From Octopus vulgaris (Eukaryota), in the NCBI GenBank assembly GCA_951406725.2, contig OX597816.1, forward strand, positions 160,084,001 through 160,148,000: a stretch of DNA of 64,000 nt, written 5' to 3'. Positions 38,504 to 52,918 of the stretch are shown one piece after another. The notes below the pieces were generated by a model. That model did not search any database and was not told the origin of the DNA. It saw only the letters and a list, made by a program, of their open reading frames with translations. Positions within the stretch are counted from its first letter, which is position 1. Each line of letters begins with the position of its first letter. The position numbers were made by a program, and so were the translations under genes.

Positions 38504-39257
38504 TGTAAGAAAAATTTGCTTTCAAAATTTGGTTTAAGGCTAGTAATTTTAGGGGCCGAGGTAAGTCGATTGCATTGACCTCAGAGCTCAACAGGTACTT
38601 ATTTTATCCAACCCCAAAATATGAAAAGCAAAGTGGACCTCGGTGGATTTTGAACACAAAACTTAAAGTGCCGGAACAAATGCTGCTAAGCATCCATCTT
38701 TTTTATGTTGTAGTTTGAGGAAAATTTGGTTACTATATCTAGTCGGTCGAGTAATCATTACAGACTCCTCCAGTAGCTCTAACAGTGTCATCGAGATAGT
38801 CTGTAATAAGACACAGGGACAGGAACCACAGCACAAGAGGTAAGTTCCTATCAAGCTGTGCCTGCAACACAGTTTCAGACTGATTGAAGTCTTTTCATTG
38901 CACCTACACCTAAAGCAGTGGTTCTCAACTGATTTTTAACCTATGGACCCCTTTGGTTGTAATATACATATACGAGCTGGCAGAATCGTTAGCACACCGG
39001 GCGAAATGCTTAGAGGTATTTCGTCTGCCGTTACGTTCTGAGTTCTAATTCTGCCGAGGTCAACTTTGCCTTTCATCCTTTCGGGATCGATTAAATAAGT
39101 ACCAGTTACTCAGTGGGGTCGATGTTATCGACTTAATCCTATTGTCCGTCCTTGTTTGTCCTTTCTATGTTTAGCCCCTTGTGGGCAATAAAGAAATATA
39201 TATAATATACACATGCATATTTCTCTGTCTGTTTGTATCTCTCTCTCTCTCTCCCTC

Positions 39258-39334
<77 letters not shown>

Positions 39335-39528
39335 ATGTCTGTCTGTCTGTCTGTCTATCTATCTAATGTGTTTGAAATTCAATTTAAAAAGAAGTGTTCT
39401 AACAAACGTAGCTGTGTTTAAGAATATCTAATTATATCTATTTATAGCGTCTTGGAACTTCATAGGGTTTACTTGAAAGACACAAAAAACCTGCGTAAAA
39501 AGAAGAAAGCCGCTAAGGTGTCATGTTG

Positions 39529-39752
<224 letters not shown>

Positions 39753-40261
39753 AGTGAGAGAGGTGTTCCCACGCAGGAAAAAGAATAATTGAATATGTTT
39801 TGGGGTTTGAAAATGCATCTGAATCTCAAAACGTGTAGTTTTTAAATTTTGCATTAGATTTATTCAAACACCAAGCCGGTTTCGACAATTTTTTGCTTAT
39901 CAGTGTTAAAAATAAAGAAACGACGTGTTTAGGAGAGTTTAAAGTTACAAGGTAAAATTTAGTAAAAACATGTTTAAACGATCAAATGTTCAAATCTTCA
40001 CAAAAATTTCAATGAGTTTCACAGGGATAGACAATAATATAGACAAAGATCACGACAAATATACATGATTTAAAGTTCAGTCATATTGAGTTTTTATAAA
40101 AAAAAAAAAAAAAAGAGAGAGAAAGAAAGAGAAAAAAAGTTTTTCTTTTTGAGAAACTCTGTCGTGGTACATGTAGTAGTTCTTTTCTCAATTTCAGTGC
40201 ACGAATCTCTTCTCTTTGTACGCTTCTTAGAGCTCGAAATGTTGTCAGGCCAAATCTTTCA

Positions 40262-40347
<86 letters not shown>

Positions 40348-42726
40348 CTGCTATTATGCAAAAGTGTCGTAAGTCCAAAACGTTGCTTTTTCAGAAAACG
40401 AAAAAATAGTTTCACCATTCCATTTCTTTCTACATTAACAACAGTTTCAGCTAAAACAATAATACTTTTTGGGGTGCATAAAATCGTAACTCCATGCATG
40501 TATGATATTGTTACGACAGGTGGGACCTCCTCGATTCGAACTGTTACGGAAATCCTCACACAGGCCCGTTCGATGCAGCGAATAAGCTACGGAAACCCGT
40601 CGGAGAGAGGAGAGATAGGAGATATACACAACAACAACAACCGCAGCAGCACAGAGACACAGAGGCAAGACGGCAACACTGGCTTACATTCAACAACAGT
40701 TTATATGACAATCAATTGTTACAACATCAAGATACATCAACGCATTTAAGGGAAACAACAAATCAATACATCATACAACAGATCAAAGCATTTAAACATG
40801 CATGTAACAATATAACAGTGTTCATAGACAAACAAGTTCAGATCAAATAATGTTCACGATACGTCACAGTCCAATCAGAACACTTCGATACATTATACAA
40901 TGTTCGTATCACAACAATTCACGTTACAATTCAAAGTTCATTATCGTCTACATCAGAGCCCTTCTTTTTCTCTCTTCTTTTCTATTACATCGTAACACGT
41001 ATCAATACATAATCAAATACCTTAATTCCTAATTGAATCGCCAGTGTCCCATACTGCACCTCATCTCTCTCTCAATACCGCTAACTCCAGCTTGCCAAAC
41101 TCCTGAATCCAGCCGCCCGCTCCTAAGGTTCCAACTCCTTGCTGACTTCCAAGATCCGTCTAGCTTCTTTGACGACCGAGTACCAACTACCTCAAAACCT
41201 CACTTGCTCTCTGTCCTTCCCACTACCCTAATCTCCCTCTGTCTTTACGGCTTATACCCTCTCCATCTGCCCTGGTCCCAACTGCCTATCTCTATCGCCT
41301 CAATCTGTCCCTTAGCCTTATACTCTATCTCTCTCACTACTTTTCTTCTCTCTGCCCCTCATCCTCTCTTACTGCCAATACCCTCTCCATCTGCTCTTAG
41401 ATTCCTTACTCTAACTTTTTCTCACTACTGCTAGATTCTTCTTCACATATTCAAGGGGTGTCTAGGACGACCTCCAATCGACCGCACAAGGTCAAGAGGT
41501 CCCTCCAAAACCCCATTAATCTCCCAGTAAACAAAGGACTGTCTCTTTTCTTCCAGACGTGCCGGCGCCACCATTCCAAAGTGGGTCACCCAAGAACTGC
41601 ACTTAGCCAAACTCATAACAATATTTTCAGTCAGAAATATTTTTTTCAAAACTGTCGTATATAGGACTTACTACACTTTTGAAAAATGCTAAACCGTTCT
41701 ACTACTCTTTGACAATTTTCATATTTTGGCATCTGAAGCAGGTGGAGATACGATAGTTTGACTAACAGAACCGGCTATTGCAAGCAAAATTAAATAGAGA
41801 AAAAAAAATCGTTTGGCCAAATTTGGATATACGGTAGTTTAACATAATAGCAACGATATATTTTTACGGTCAAGGATGACATCTTTTGTTTTTCTGGTGG
41901 GGGGTTTAGTCAAGATATTTTTTATTTTGGCAAATTCCAACGTTCTGGTTGGTTGACTTCCTAGTGACGTCAATTGTTTGTCGAAGTTCTGATTGGTTGT
42001 AAATTTCGAACATCATTTGTTTTGATCAAAAATATTTTCCGTTTTGGACAAAATATTTTTCTCTTGGCAAAGTTCAGTATTTTGCTTGGTGGACTTTCTT
42101 GGTAACCTGTTTTTGCCTGAAGGTCAGCTAGCGTTCCCGTTGGTTCCCTTAAGAAGTCACTGGTTCGGTCGGTTCAATGTTTATGTTTTTCCCTGTGAGT
42201 CCAGTTTTGACCAGAGTAAAATTTCATTGGTTTAGTCTGAGGTGACGTCAGCAACTGGTGTTTGAAAAGGTGTATGGTGTTATTGCACAGTAGATTGGAG
42301 TTGGGGTTTCGATTTCCCGAGGAAGCCTGTTACTTAAACTTTTTGATTTGTATCTGCTGTCTCTGGTCGTTTTTCGTGAATAAATTGGGTTTTCTCTTTC
42401 TAGTGTATTATTAGAGAATATTTAGTTGTGATTTGTATTTTTAATAAGCATACTTTCCTTATTTAATCGGAATTGGGTTGAAGTGTTTCTTGTACATTGA
42501 TAGAGAGGGAAAATTTGGTATTTCTGTTTTTTGTTTGTGGGGCATTGACCTATCAATATATATCTTTCATCTTTTACGTGTTTCAGTCATTAAACTTCGC
42601 CCATGCTGGGGCATTGCCATGGAGAATTTTAGTCAAACGAATTGACCACGGAACTTATTTTTTTAAAGCCTGGTACCTATTTTATCGGTCTCTTTGCAGA
42701 ACCGTAAAGTTATGGGGACATTGATA

Positions 42727-42858
<132 letters not shown>

Positions 42859-43371
42859 GGTAACAGTCAAACAAAAATGAATGTAACTTTTTTGTTTGTG
42901 TTTATTCTCATAATCTTCACATACATTCTTTGAAGATGGAACAATTTTAGCACTTTGTAATATCGAAAATACATCCCATTGAATTAAACGCTGCGCCATA
43001 AAAGAAATGGTGTAAACATTTCGATAATTACATATGCTAAGTGTCAGAGAATATCTACTCCTCTTTTCCTAGTTATTCCGAGAACCTCAGGCTATCCTGT
43101 TACTATTTTGTATAATGAAAAGTTCAGGCAGAAATGTCAGTAAACACGTAGTCAATGATAATTTAGTTGAGTTGCATTTATTTATTTCAGTACAACTAAC
43201 TATTCTAGTTTATATTCCGCCTTAATAACAGGCGTGGATGTTTCAGGTTTCGAAGACAAACATTTTTTGCTAAAATCCATTCTGAAGTCGGAGTAATATT
43301 TTCAATTCCACAATGATAAACCTCTTCATTTTTAATATTTCTTATTAAAACTGGTATTTCAAATAGCATCT

Positions 43372-43630
43372 AAAGTAATGGTTCTCAACCGGGGTCCACA
43401 TTCCTCCGGGTTTCCATTTAAGATTTCGTTGTTAAAATTTATGTGTAATAAAATGGTTATACAAATACACAAAACATTTTCATTTTTTAATACAATTCCT
43501 ATTAATATTTAATTATAAAAAAATATAATAATAATAATAATTTTTTAAGCATCGAATGGCTATGAGGGTTCATCCATGTAAAATGAGAATCAAAGGAGTC
43601 CATAGGCAAAAAATGGTTGAGTATTACTGT
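43372..43630. mobile_element. hAT-like MITE
   Basis: Ends AGTAATGGTTCTCAACC / GGTTGAGTATTACTG; a similar CAGTGGTTCTCAAC end occurs at 38916. Confidence 0.55.
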
Positions 43631-44229
43631 TCTAATGAATATTGTTGCTTGTTTGTGAACTTGCTAGAGAAGCCTATGAATTTTGTAGTCTCACTTAGAC
43701 TGAATAAAGCAACGAAACGGGTGTCTAGCTTTAAAAGTGTCAAATCTGATAATATGCATCTTTATATTCTGGGATCAGAACAGATCGAGCGAATTTCTAT
43801 AGATATTGTTAGAACCGTGAAGTCTTAGAAAATACGCAAAAAAACGGAATTACTGGGATGACAGCATCTCCATAGAATTTCTAATTCTGCATAGGACCAG
43901 CAGTTTTGAAGGGGATGGGAAACTGTTTGCGCTGCCCGAACTACTGAACTGGCACTCATTTTATCGACCTCTACAGGATCAAAAGCAAAGTCGATCTCGG
44001 TGGCATTTAAACTCAGAACGTAAAGAAACCGAAAGAATGCCGACAAGTATGTGGCCAGCGCGGTAACAGATATGCCACCTTGTTGCGTAATACATTTGCG
44101 CAGAATATTACTACAGAAAAATAGGTAATACATTCATTGTCGTTATTCGATATTCCTATATTATCTTTTCGCTCATCTTTGTTTCTATAGATTAATATCT
44201 GAAGAGCTTAATGTCTAAAGTCAAAAAAT

Positions 44230-44350
44230 AAAGAAAACACAAAGTCGATCCGCTTCCGCCGGTTCGTCTCAGAAATTATCGGCTTCTTTCAAGCGATTCG
44301 GCAGAACAATCCAAATTCTTTTAGGTGGTTTCTGTCATTCGAAAGAGAAA
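44230..44350 (-). pseudogene. Tc1-like transposase fragment
   Basis: Hand translation HLKEFGLFCRIA*KKPIISETNRRKRIDF resembles the Tc1 L..G..R...KKPLL....R..RL.F linker. Confidence 0.55.
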
Positions 44351-44463
44351 AAAATTCTACATAAACTGTAAGAAAGTAAAATAATTTTATACAGTTTTGT
44401 TAAAAATAAATTAATGAAGAAATAGAACTGTCATCATCGGTCTTAAACTTATTTTGGCCAGTG

Positions 44464-44567
<104 letters not shown>

Positions 44568-44989
44568 CATATCTCTCCTTGTTTTTTCTGTGTACCTTTC
44601 TGTAGAAGAGCGTAGGCTCGAAACGTAAAATACTTTTTCTATTCCTGAGCGTTATACTAATACATCTGTTTGTTTTGTACACCACCTGTCTTCGCCTTTT
44701 GTTTTTTTCGTAAACTTTCCCTATATATATATATTCACCTTCGAAACGTAGAGTAGATGAAACCATAGCGACTGAAGAAGGGTTTTTTTCTTTGTGTTAA
44801 TTGTCCTGTACTCTATTTTTTTTGTTGTTTAAAAAAATGTCCAGTTCCTTGGGTTTGTGCCTCTGTTTTCGTTTCTCATTGTGTTCGACGGCTTTTTGGT
44901 GTCCTGTACTCATATATGCCTGTATATGTACATGTAGAGGTAGGTACGTACATATATGTTTATATATATATGCATATGTTTTATTTATT

Positions 44990-45050
<61 letters not shown>

Positions 45051-46345
45051 CATCTATACATACATACACGTACACACAAATAAGACTGTAAAAACATTTT
45101 TTCTTTACATTAAAAAAAATCCGTTTTTCTTTTCAATGATTTCTCTTTAATTAACAACATATTTGTCTTTATTCTCAACTTTATTCCTTTATTTCCGTTT
45201 TTGCGTCACTTTATTAGCAAAGTTTTTCATTTTTATCATTGTTACAGTTAAATGTTTATATTTTTCATATAACCTGATAATGCATTGTGATTTTAAGCTT
45301 GATAAACCCCTACATTTTACGAAGTTACTATTCAAAACTGGAATAATTCTTTTATTGCTTGGCAGGGGTCAGAGATTCAAGAACGTCAAACAAAAACTGA
45401 AATACAACAAAAAAGAAAAAAAATGTACCTCACAATGGTTAATAGGTTACTATATTCCACTTCCACATCCTTTAAAATCTCTATAATTTTGTAGTTCAGT
45501 CCCCTATTTTTATGAAGTGAATACATTTTGTTACCACATTCATTTATATTATTCTTTCTTAGAGAATGTACTCTTGTTGATAACGACAGACTGTTAAGAT
45601 AATAGAATCCAGTTGAAGGTTTTCTCATTCTTTCTTAACGCAGCACTTCTGAGATCCTGTATTGTGAGTAATTGTACCGTAAGTTTTTCATCAGGTAAAT
45701 CGAAAATGCTTCTTGCTGTTCCGAACCTATAGAACAGATTCTCATCTCTGATAGACCTCTTTGTCGATTTTGAAGCAAATAAATCTCATATCGTAAAGTC
45801 TGGTGTTATCTCAGACCCAAATATAGTCACCTTTGCTGTATTTATCACTTCCGTTGTACTATCCACATCTATCGGATCAGAAATGTTGATGTTTCTTTCA
45901 AGGGTACTGAGGTATCGTAGTCATGTCTCTTATACGGTCATAAACTGTCCTCCGCCATCAACTATTATTCTCAAGCATAGTAAATCTCGAATCGGTTAAA
46001 TTTCATGTAACAGCGGTTCTATTATACTTTGTTTTGATTCAATGAAAACCGCTTACTTTTATGATACTTCTAAAAATAAGCAGACTTATGCCTGCTAATT
46101 GGTGGATAGTATCTATCTCATAATGCTTTCTGTTATAGGCACAAGATCTGAAATTGGTGGTGGTGGTTTGGGGGGATAGTCGATTACATGTACTTATTTC
46201 ATAAACTCTGAAGAGGTGAAAGGTAAAGTTGCCTTGGTGGAATTTGAACTTAGAACATAATACCGGAAGAAATGGTGCTAAGTATTTTGTCTGGTGTGCT
46301 AACGATTCAGCTAGCTCGCCGCTTTGTACCTCTCTAATAATAATA

Positions 46346-47189
46346 TACGATGTCTGATCAATAAGCATCCGGACTGTTGCCATAGTAACGAAACTAAAGC
46401 ACTCAAATGGAAGCCACTTGGCACAGATTGACCGTGACCTCTGCTGTGCATGCGCACTAAGTATTAACGTTCTAGCTCACTTCTGCTAGTTACAGCAGTG
46501 CATGGAAGGAGGGTGTGTAGCGTGTGATCGTCGCATTGACCATGACAAAGAAATTGTCATGGCGATACCTGCCCAGAGGCCTACACAGAGTTGCAGAAAG
46601 TGTCTGGAGAGGAGTACGAGGGGTTCAGATATTTCCAAGATGGCCGAAAAATGTCGATATTGACGAACGTTCTGGGAGACCCGCAACCAGCAGAACTGAG
46701 AAAAACATCGCAGATGTACGTGCAGCTGTGAGGGGAAATCGTCGAATCACCGTGAGTTATTAGCGGATGTGCAGGTTAAATACGGTTCAGTTCAATCCAT
46801 TATCACTGAAGATTTGGGTATGAGACGCGTGTCTGCCAAGTTTGTGCCAAAACTGCTTTCAGCTGACCGAAAAGACACTTGGGTTTCACTTGCCTAAGAT
46901 CCCCTTGATTGTGTCGAGAACGATGAAAACTTTTTGGTATCACCAAGCTTTTGGCAAAATTTGATGCAGATTCTCCGCTCAACTTTCTATCATGGTCAAT
47001 GCGACGAACACACGCTACACACGTAACTTCCAAGCACTGCTGTAAACAGCGGAAGTGAGCTAGAACGTTAAAACTTAGTGCGCATGCACAGCAGAGGTCA
47101 CGGTCAATCTGTGCCAAGCGGCTTCACTCTATGTGCCTTAGCTTCGTTACTATGGCAACAATCCAGATACTTATTGATCAAACCACATA
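46346..47189 (+). mobile_element. Internally deleted mariner element with long (~190-bp) TIRs
   Basis: TA flanks, long inverted termini, transposase remnants DERSGRPATSRTEKNIADVRAAVRGNRRITV and EDLGMRRVSAKFVPKLL (WVP motif). Confidence 0.9.
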
Positions 47190-48131
47190 AAAAATACAAC
47201 TGACCTGTCTCTTCAGTTTCTTGTTGAGATCCTTAATTTGATCCCTCCTACTTGAGTCCATTGCCAGATTTTTTTCTTATTTAAGTGAAATAGTCAATTT
47301 GTTTATGTATTATAATCGTCCAGTTATGATTAAATGACTGCGGAAGCTATTATGTAATATACATTATTTAAATGTGACTGTAGCATTGTTTTCAGCCATG
47401 TCTATATACATGATGCCTGATTTATCATCCGCACGTTGTTGAAACTTGTGTAATACCTGCTCCTCCAGTCTTAATTTATTCTTAATACTCCGCGACAGAA
47501 GTAACTCTTCTAGATTTTCTGTTTGTATGAAACGTATGTTGCTACCGGAGAAATTCTCCTTTACACAAATTTAGACAGCTGCTGTTCGCGTGAGTGCTAC
47601 CTGAGATAAACGCCTGTATCATCTGTATCTTCTCACTTGCTGTATAAATATAATATAAAGATATACATATTCGCGCGTGCACACACACACATACACACAC
47701 GTTACATTAATTTTTAGCTTATTTATATTTTAGTTGCGAAAGTGTACTTTCTAGAGTGTTGGTGTCTGCTGTACTAAATGTTTTCATGTAGTTTACAACG
47801 GCATAAGAGTGAACTCCCTGAAAACTATACCACTGTAGGTTTTTTGATGAGGTTAAAAAAATCTCATAAATCTAACGAAAGAAGACAACGAAATTGATAT
47901 TAATGGCGGAATACTCGAAAGAGAGACAGAGAGAAATGTTATGTTTTGTATTACTGCTGCTATTGGTGCTGACCTGCAGTTCAAATTTTATTTAAAAAAA
48001 AAAAAATGGATCTAGGAGTTAATGTTTCAGAATTGAGTGTTCTAGTTTTTCATAGTTCTTGCGTTTTTCTTTCTTTTTCAGTGAAGTATGATAACTCATC
48101 TCCTCGACCGTCACAAGCGCCACTATAAACA

Positions 48132-48217
<86 letters not shown>

Positions 48218-48438
48218 AAACAGAATAAATACAAACACACACGCCCCAAAACAAAATACCAGACAGAACAACAAACAAACAGAAAACCATGATTTGATGA
48301 TGAAACTGGCATAAACTCATGAGTATTTCGTTGAAATTCTCAGTAATTTTTTTAAAGAAGAGCTGGAGTTGCAGGGGAAAAAGAAAAATTATTTCTAGTT
48401 CAATTTTTATATATTTCGCATTACTAATATAGTATTAC

Positions 48439-48706
48439 ATCGTGGAAGGTGTTTATAAGCCATTTAAAAACACACAGAAACCATTAGATTCACTTCAATA
48501 TTTAAATTTGATTTGCCAAAATATTTTTGTCGCTTTGAGACCACGACCGGTTCACTGACAAAATTACGTGCAGTACGGAATTTTGTCTGTGAACAGGTCG
48601 CGGTCTCAAAGCGACAAAAATATTTTGGCAAATCAAATTTAAATGTTGATGTGAATCTAACGGTTTTTGTGTGTTTTTAAATGGCTTATAAACACCTTCC
48701 ACGATG
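48439..48706. repeat. Fold-back inverted repeat of a PLE-type terminal repeat with degenerate hammerhead-like cores
   Basis: ~130-bp arms; a partial single arm also occurs at ~35155-35248. Confidence 0.85.
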
Positions 48707-49261
48707 CAATTGTTTTTGTTTCAGCACACGATCTCAGATCAGGTCACTTGCTATGCAAGTACGTGTCCGCAATAATATAGTATTATTAACAAGAAACTTT
48801 TACGGAAACAGTAATTCTACCCCAAGTTATTGAGTGAATATTCTTTTCTACTCTAGGCACAAGGCCCGACATTTTTGGGGAGGTGGGGCAGTCGATTAGA
48901 TTGACTCAGTACGCAACTGGTACTTAATTTATCGACACCCGAAAGGATAAAAGGCAAAGTCGACCTCGACGGAATTTGAACTCAGAGCGTAAAGACAGAC
49001 GTAATACTTATTTGTTTATTACCCACAAGGGGCTAAACACAGAGGGGACGAACAAGGACAGACATAGGTATTAAGTCGATTACATCGACCCCAGTGCGCA
49101 ACTGGTACTTGATTTATCGACCCCGAAAGGATGAAAGGCAAAGTCGACCTCGGCGGAATTTGAACTCACAACGGAACGACAGACGAAATACGGCTCCGCA
49201 TTTCGCCCGGCGTGCTAACGGTTCTGCCAGCTCGCCGCCTAAAGGATTATTATTATTATCA

Positions 49262-49606
49262 TCATCTTTCAATTTTGTTTCCATTTCTTGCCGAGGTGAA
49301 GTAAACCTGAGAGGAAAACGAAAAGATAAAAAAATAAAAATAAAAAAGTAATCAAAGAAAGTAAAGTGTGGTGGTTGGGGGGGGGGGAAAATTCACAGCG
49401 ATAATGCTCTTCTCAATACGTGTGACGTACCAGTTCAGACAATCTTATGCACTTCCTGCATGGATGCATCCTCAAATAATTTTCAGTTCCTTTTTTGATT
49501 ATTTCTAGTGCTCCTGCAATCACTAATATTATAACCGTCTTGAGATACCACATCTTTTCGATTTCAATCAGCAAATCTTTATTCTTATTTCCTTTTATCA
49601 CAAGTT
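49262..49606 (-). mobile_element. Short 3' fragment of a Dong-like element
   Basis: NKDLLIEIEKMWYLKTV..GALEIIKKGTENYL plus the matching 3' UTR ending at (TAA)n. Confidence 0.8.
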
Positions 49607-49640
49607 TTGTTGGAACTCCTGGTGTCCTTTAGTAGAAAAG

Positions 49641-49724
<84 letters not shown>

Positions 49725-49988
49725 TTATGTTTAACTTTTGCTTTACGTTTGTACATGTTGGCTCAAAGTCTCACCCAGAGACCTCAAGAGACAACAAGTT
49801 GGAAGTTCATGCTGGTGACATGCCTAGGGTATCATATATTTGGTTTTGTACATAGTGTTGCTCTAGAGAATGTTTAAGAAACCATAAGAAAATTATGTGT
49901 TTGTTTTAAAACTTGAGATTACATAGAAAGTATTTTGCGTAGGTTATGGGCAGGATATTATTATTATTATTATTATTACTATTATTAT

Positions 49989-51644
49989 TTTTTTTTTTTT
50001 CTTCTCTCAAATTTGCTTCCATTTCTTGCCGAGCGTCTTCCCGACTCCTAGGGCAAAGAAACTCATAGTATACATTGGTAGGCCATTAAACCAAACTCAA
50101 TAGTTCGTTCATTTGAAAAAAATTTTTTTTAAGGTTAAATTAAAATACATGGGCAGTAACAGCTCTCACAGCGACAATGCTCTTCTCAATACGTGTGATG
50201 TACCAGTTAAGACAATCTTTTGCACTTCTTGCAGGGATGGTAAGCCAGGGATCATTCTCATATAATTTTCGGTTCGCTTCTTGATCATTCCTAGTGCTCC
50301 TACGATCACTGGTATTGTAACCGCCTTGAGATGCCACATTTTCTCAATTTCAATGAGCAGGTCTTTATATTTTCTGAGCTTGTCAAACTCTTTCGCCGAG
50401 ATATTATGATCACAGGGGATGCTCATGTCGTTCAATAAGCAAACTTTATTGTTTTTGTCCTTCACAACAATATCTGGTTTATTGGCTTTGATGGTTCGGT
50501 CTGTATGTACTGGAAAGTCCCACAGAATCGTTACATTTTCTCCTTCAGTTACAGCTTCAGGGTAGTGACTATACCACTTGTCAGCAGTTTTGATATTGTA
50601 ATGCCGACTTATTAGCCAGTGTAGATATTGGCCAACTCTGTCATGTCGTAATTTATACTCTACTGGTGCTAAGACTTTACATCCAGAGATTAGGTGGTCC
50701 ACTGTTTCAATCATGTCATTGCAGAATCGGCATTTTGGGTCTGCTCCATTTTTCATTACATTGGCCTGGTAGTTCCGGGTTAATAGACTTTGATCTTGAG
50801 CAGCCAGGATGAAACCTTCGCTCTCTGCTTTTAGCCCTGAGCTCCGTAGCCACTGATGGGTTTGCTTCTGGTCAACATCAGCTTGTTTGCTACGGGCCAC
50901 ATATTTGCCGTGCAGAGGTTTCCCCTCCCTCCTATCAGCCAATTGCTCGGGCGCTTTTTTCGTTGCCATTATTTTCACCTTCTTTGCAACAATAGTTGCC
51001 GTACTTCCCTCGGGTTGTTCAGTTTGGGTATCCTGCACGAGATCAATAGCAAATTTTTTGCTTTCCTTTATGATAGAATGAAGCTTCTTTCGTCTCTCGT
51101 GATTTTCCACGAGCTTTAGCATCCAGTCATTCGTTATTTCAAGATATTTGGCCAGTCCAATTGTGGTTGTTTTGTAAGCTAGTTCAAATTGGATCAGGCC
51201 TCGACCTCCTTGGGCTCTGGGAAGGTAAAGGCGATCTACGTCTGCCTTTGGGTGGTGCATCCTATTACAACTCAGCAGCTTGCGTATTTTCCTGTCTATA
51301 TTCTTTACTTCACTCCAGTTCAACACATTGTAGCTATAAGTAACAACTGGAACTGCTAAGGAATTTATAGCTAACACCTTGTTACGTGCATTTAGTTCAG
51401 ATTTCAGGACTGCACGAACTCTCCTATAACATTCCTTCCTGATCTTCTCTTTCATGCTTGCATGCTGAATACCAGAGCCTTCATTTATCCCTAAATATTT
51501 GTATGTTTGTTCTTGCTCAAGCTCTCTTATGACAGTGTCAACATCTAACACGACTGAATTTGTGGTCTTCACTTTCCCTTTCTGGAAAGTGGCCTTGGCA
51601 CACTTCTCAAGCCCAAACTCCATCCCGATGTCATCGCTGAATGC
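49989..51644 (-). mobile_element. Dong-like element copy including 3' UTR, flanked on both sides by (TAA)n
   Basis: (TTA)n at 49957-49988 and 51645-51718. Confidence 0.88.
50166..51623 (-). CDS. R4/Dong-clade retrotransposon polyprotein, C-terminal 485 aa (RT thumb, CCHC knuckle, restriction-like endonuclease); 5'-truncated copy
   Basis: Open frame with YKYLG, CRFC..ETVDHLISGC, RHD, KPDIVV..LNDMSIP..DKLRKYKDL; lacks the YxDD region, so the listed ATG is internal. Confidence 0.9.
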   Translation of the reverse strand: MEFGLEKCAKATFQKGKVKTTNSVVLDVDTVIRELEQEQTYKYLGINEGSGIQHASMKEKIRKECYRRVRAVLKSELNARNKVLAINSLAVPVVTYSYNVLNWSEVKNIDRKIRKLLSCNRMHHPKADVDRLYLPRAQGGRGLIQFELAYKTTTIGLAKYLEITNDWMLKLVENHERRKKLHSIIKESKKFAIDLVQDTQTEQPEGSTATIVAKKVKIMATKKAPEQLADRREGKPLHGKYVARSKQADVDQKQTHQWLRSSGLKAESEGFILAAQDQSLLTRNYQANVMKNGADPKCRFCNDMIETVDHLISGCKVLAPVEYKLRHDRVGQYLHWLISRHYNIKTADKWYSHYPEAVTEGENVTILWDFPVHTDRTIKANKPDIVVKDKNNKVCLLNDMSIPCDHNISAKEFDKLRKYKDLLIEIEKMWHLKAVTIPVIVGALGMIKKRTENYMRMIPGLPSLQEVQKIVLTGTSHVLRRALSL

Positions 51645-51720
<76 letters not shown>

Positions 51721-52869
51721 GGCGGCGAGCCGGCAGAAACGTTAACAAGCCGGGCGAAATGCTTAGCGGTATTTCGTCTGCCGCTACGCTCTGAGTTCAA
51801 TTTCTGCCGAGGTCGACTTTGTCTTTCATCTTTTCGGGATCGATAAATTAAGTACTAGTGAAACACTGGGTTCGATGTAATCGACGAGTCCCTTCCTCCA
51901 AAATTTCAGGCTTTGTGCGTATAGTAAAAAGGAGTATTATTTAAGTCGTCGCTTAGTATCCAATATCGTGATGTTGATTGAAGATATTTTTTTCTACTCT
52001 AGGCACAACGCCCGAAATTTTGTGGGGAGGGGGCCAGTCTATTAGATTGACGCCATTACGCAACTGGTAATTTATCGACCCCGAAAGGATGAAAAGCAAA
52101 GTCGACTTCGGCGGAATTTGAACTCAGAACGTAGCGGCAAACGAAATACCGCTAAGCATGTCGCCCAGCGTGCTGACGTTTCTGCCAGCTCACCGCCTTT
52201 GTTGATTGAAGATATTGTGTCTACAGGGGGGGGGGGTGTACTAAATATTTTTATTATTATTGTTGTTGTTGTTGTTATTTTGGTGTTTCAGGAGATCGTT
52301 GCCGCTACATCAGTACATCTGACTTAAAAACTACTATCACAAATATTGGTCATTATGACCCTTAAGAGGGAATATCGCGTACATTACAACAGACTTGCTT
52401 CCTTTCACATTAAAAATATGAAGCATAACTCCTCTGAGACCTTTCAAATGATAAATGAGTTATGAAGAGATTAAACTTAGAAGAGCGCATCATTAAGAAC
52501 GCTCACAAACCCTTAGCATACCAAAGATGTTCGCCTGCCAAATATTCTGCATTTTATCAAAATAGTTTGGATAATATAAGCAATGTCATTAGATAGACAG
52601 AATACAAGACCATAGTAGATTTACGAAGTTTTCTAAGAAAACAAAATGGAACCCAGAGACTTCTACAATTTTTTTTTCTTTTCTCTCTTTTACTTGTTCT
52701 AATCATTACGCTGCGACCATGCTGGGGCATCGCTTTGAAGGGTTTTAGTCGAACAGATCGATCCTAGTGCTTACTTTTAAGTCTGGTGCTTATTTCATCG
52801 GTCTGTTTTACCGAAGCGCTAAGTTGCGAGAACGTAAACAAACCAACACCGGTTGTCAAGCGGTTAGGT

Positions 52870-52918
<49 letters not shown>

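Noticed and set aside
39860-42500. Possible large decayed Penelope-like element (CT-rich tract, short ORFs, weak hammerhead-like ends)
   Set aside because: No diagnostic RT or GIY-YIG motif could be read
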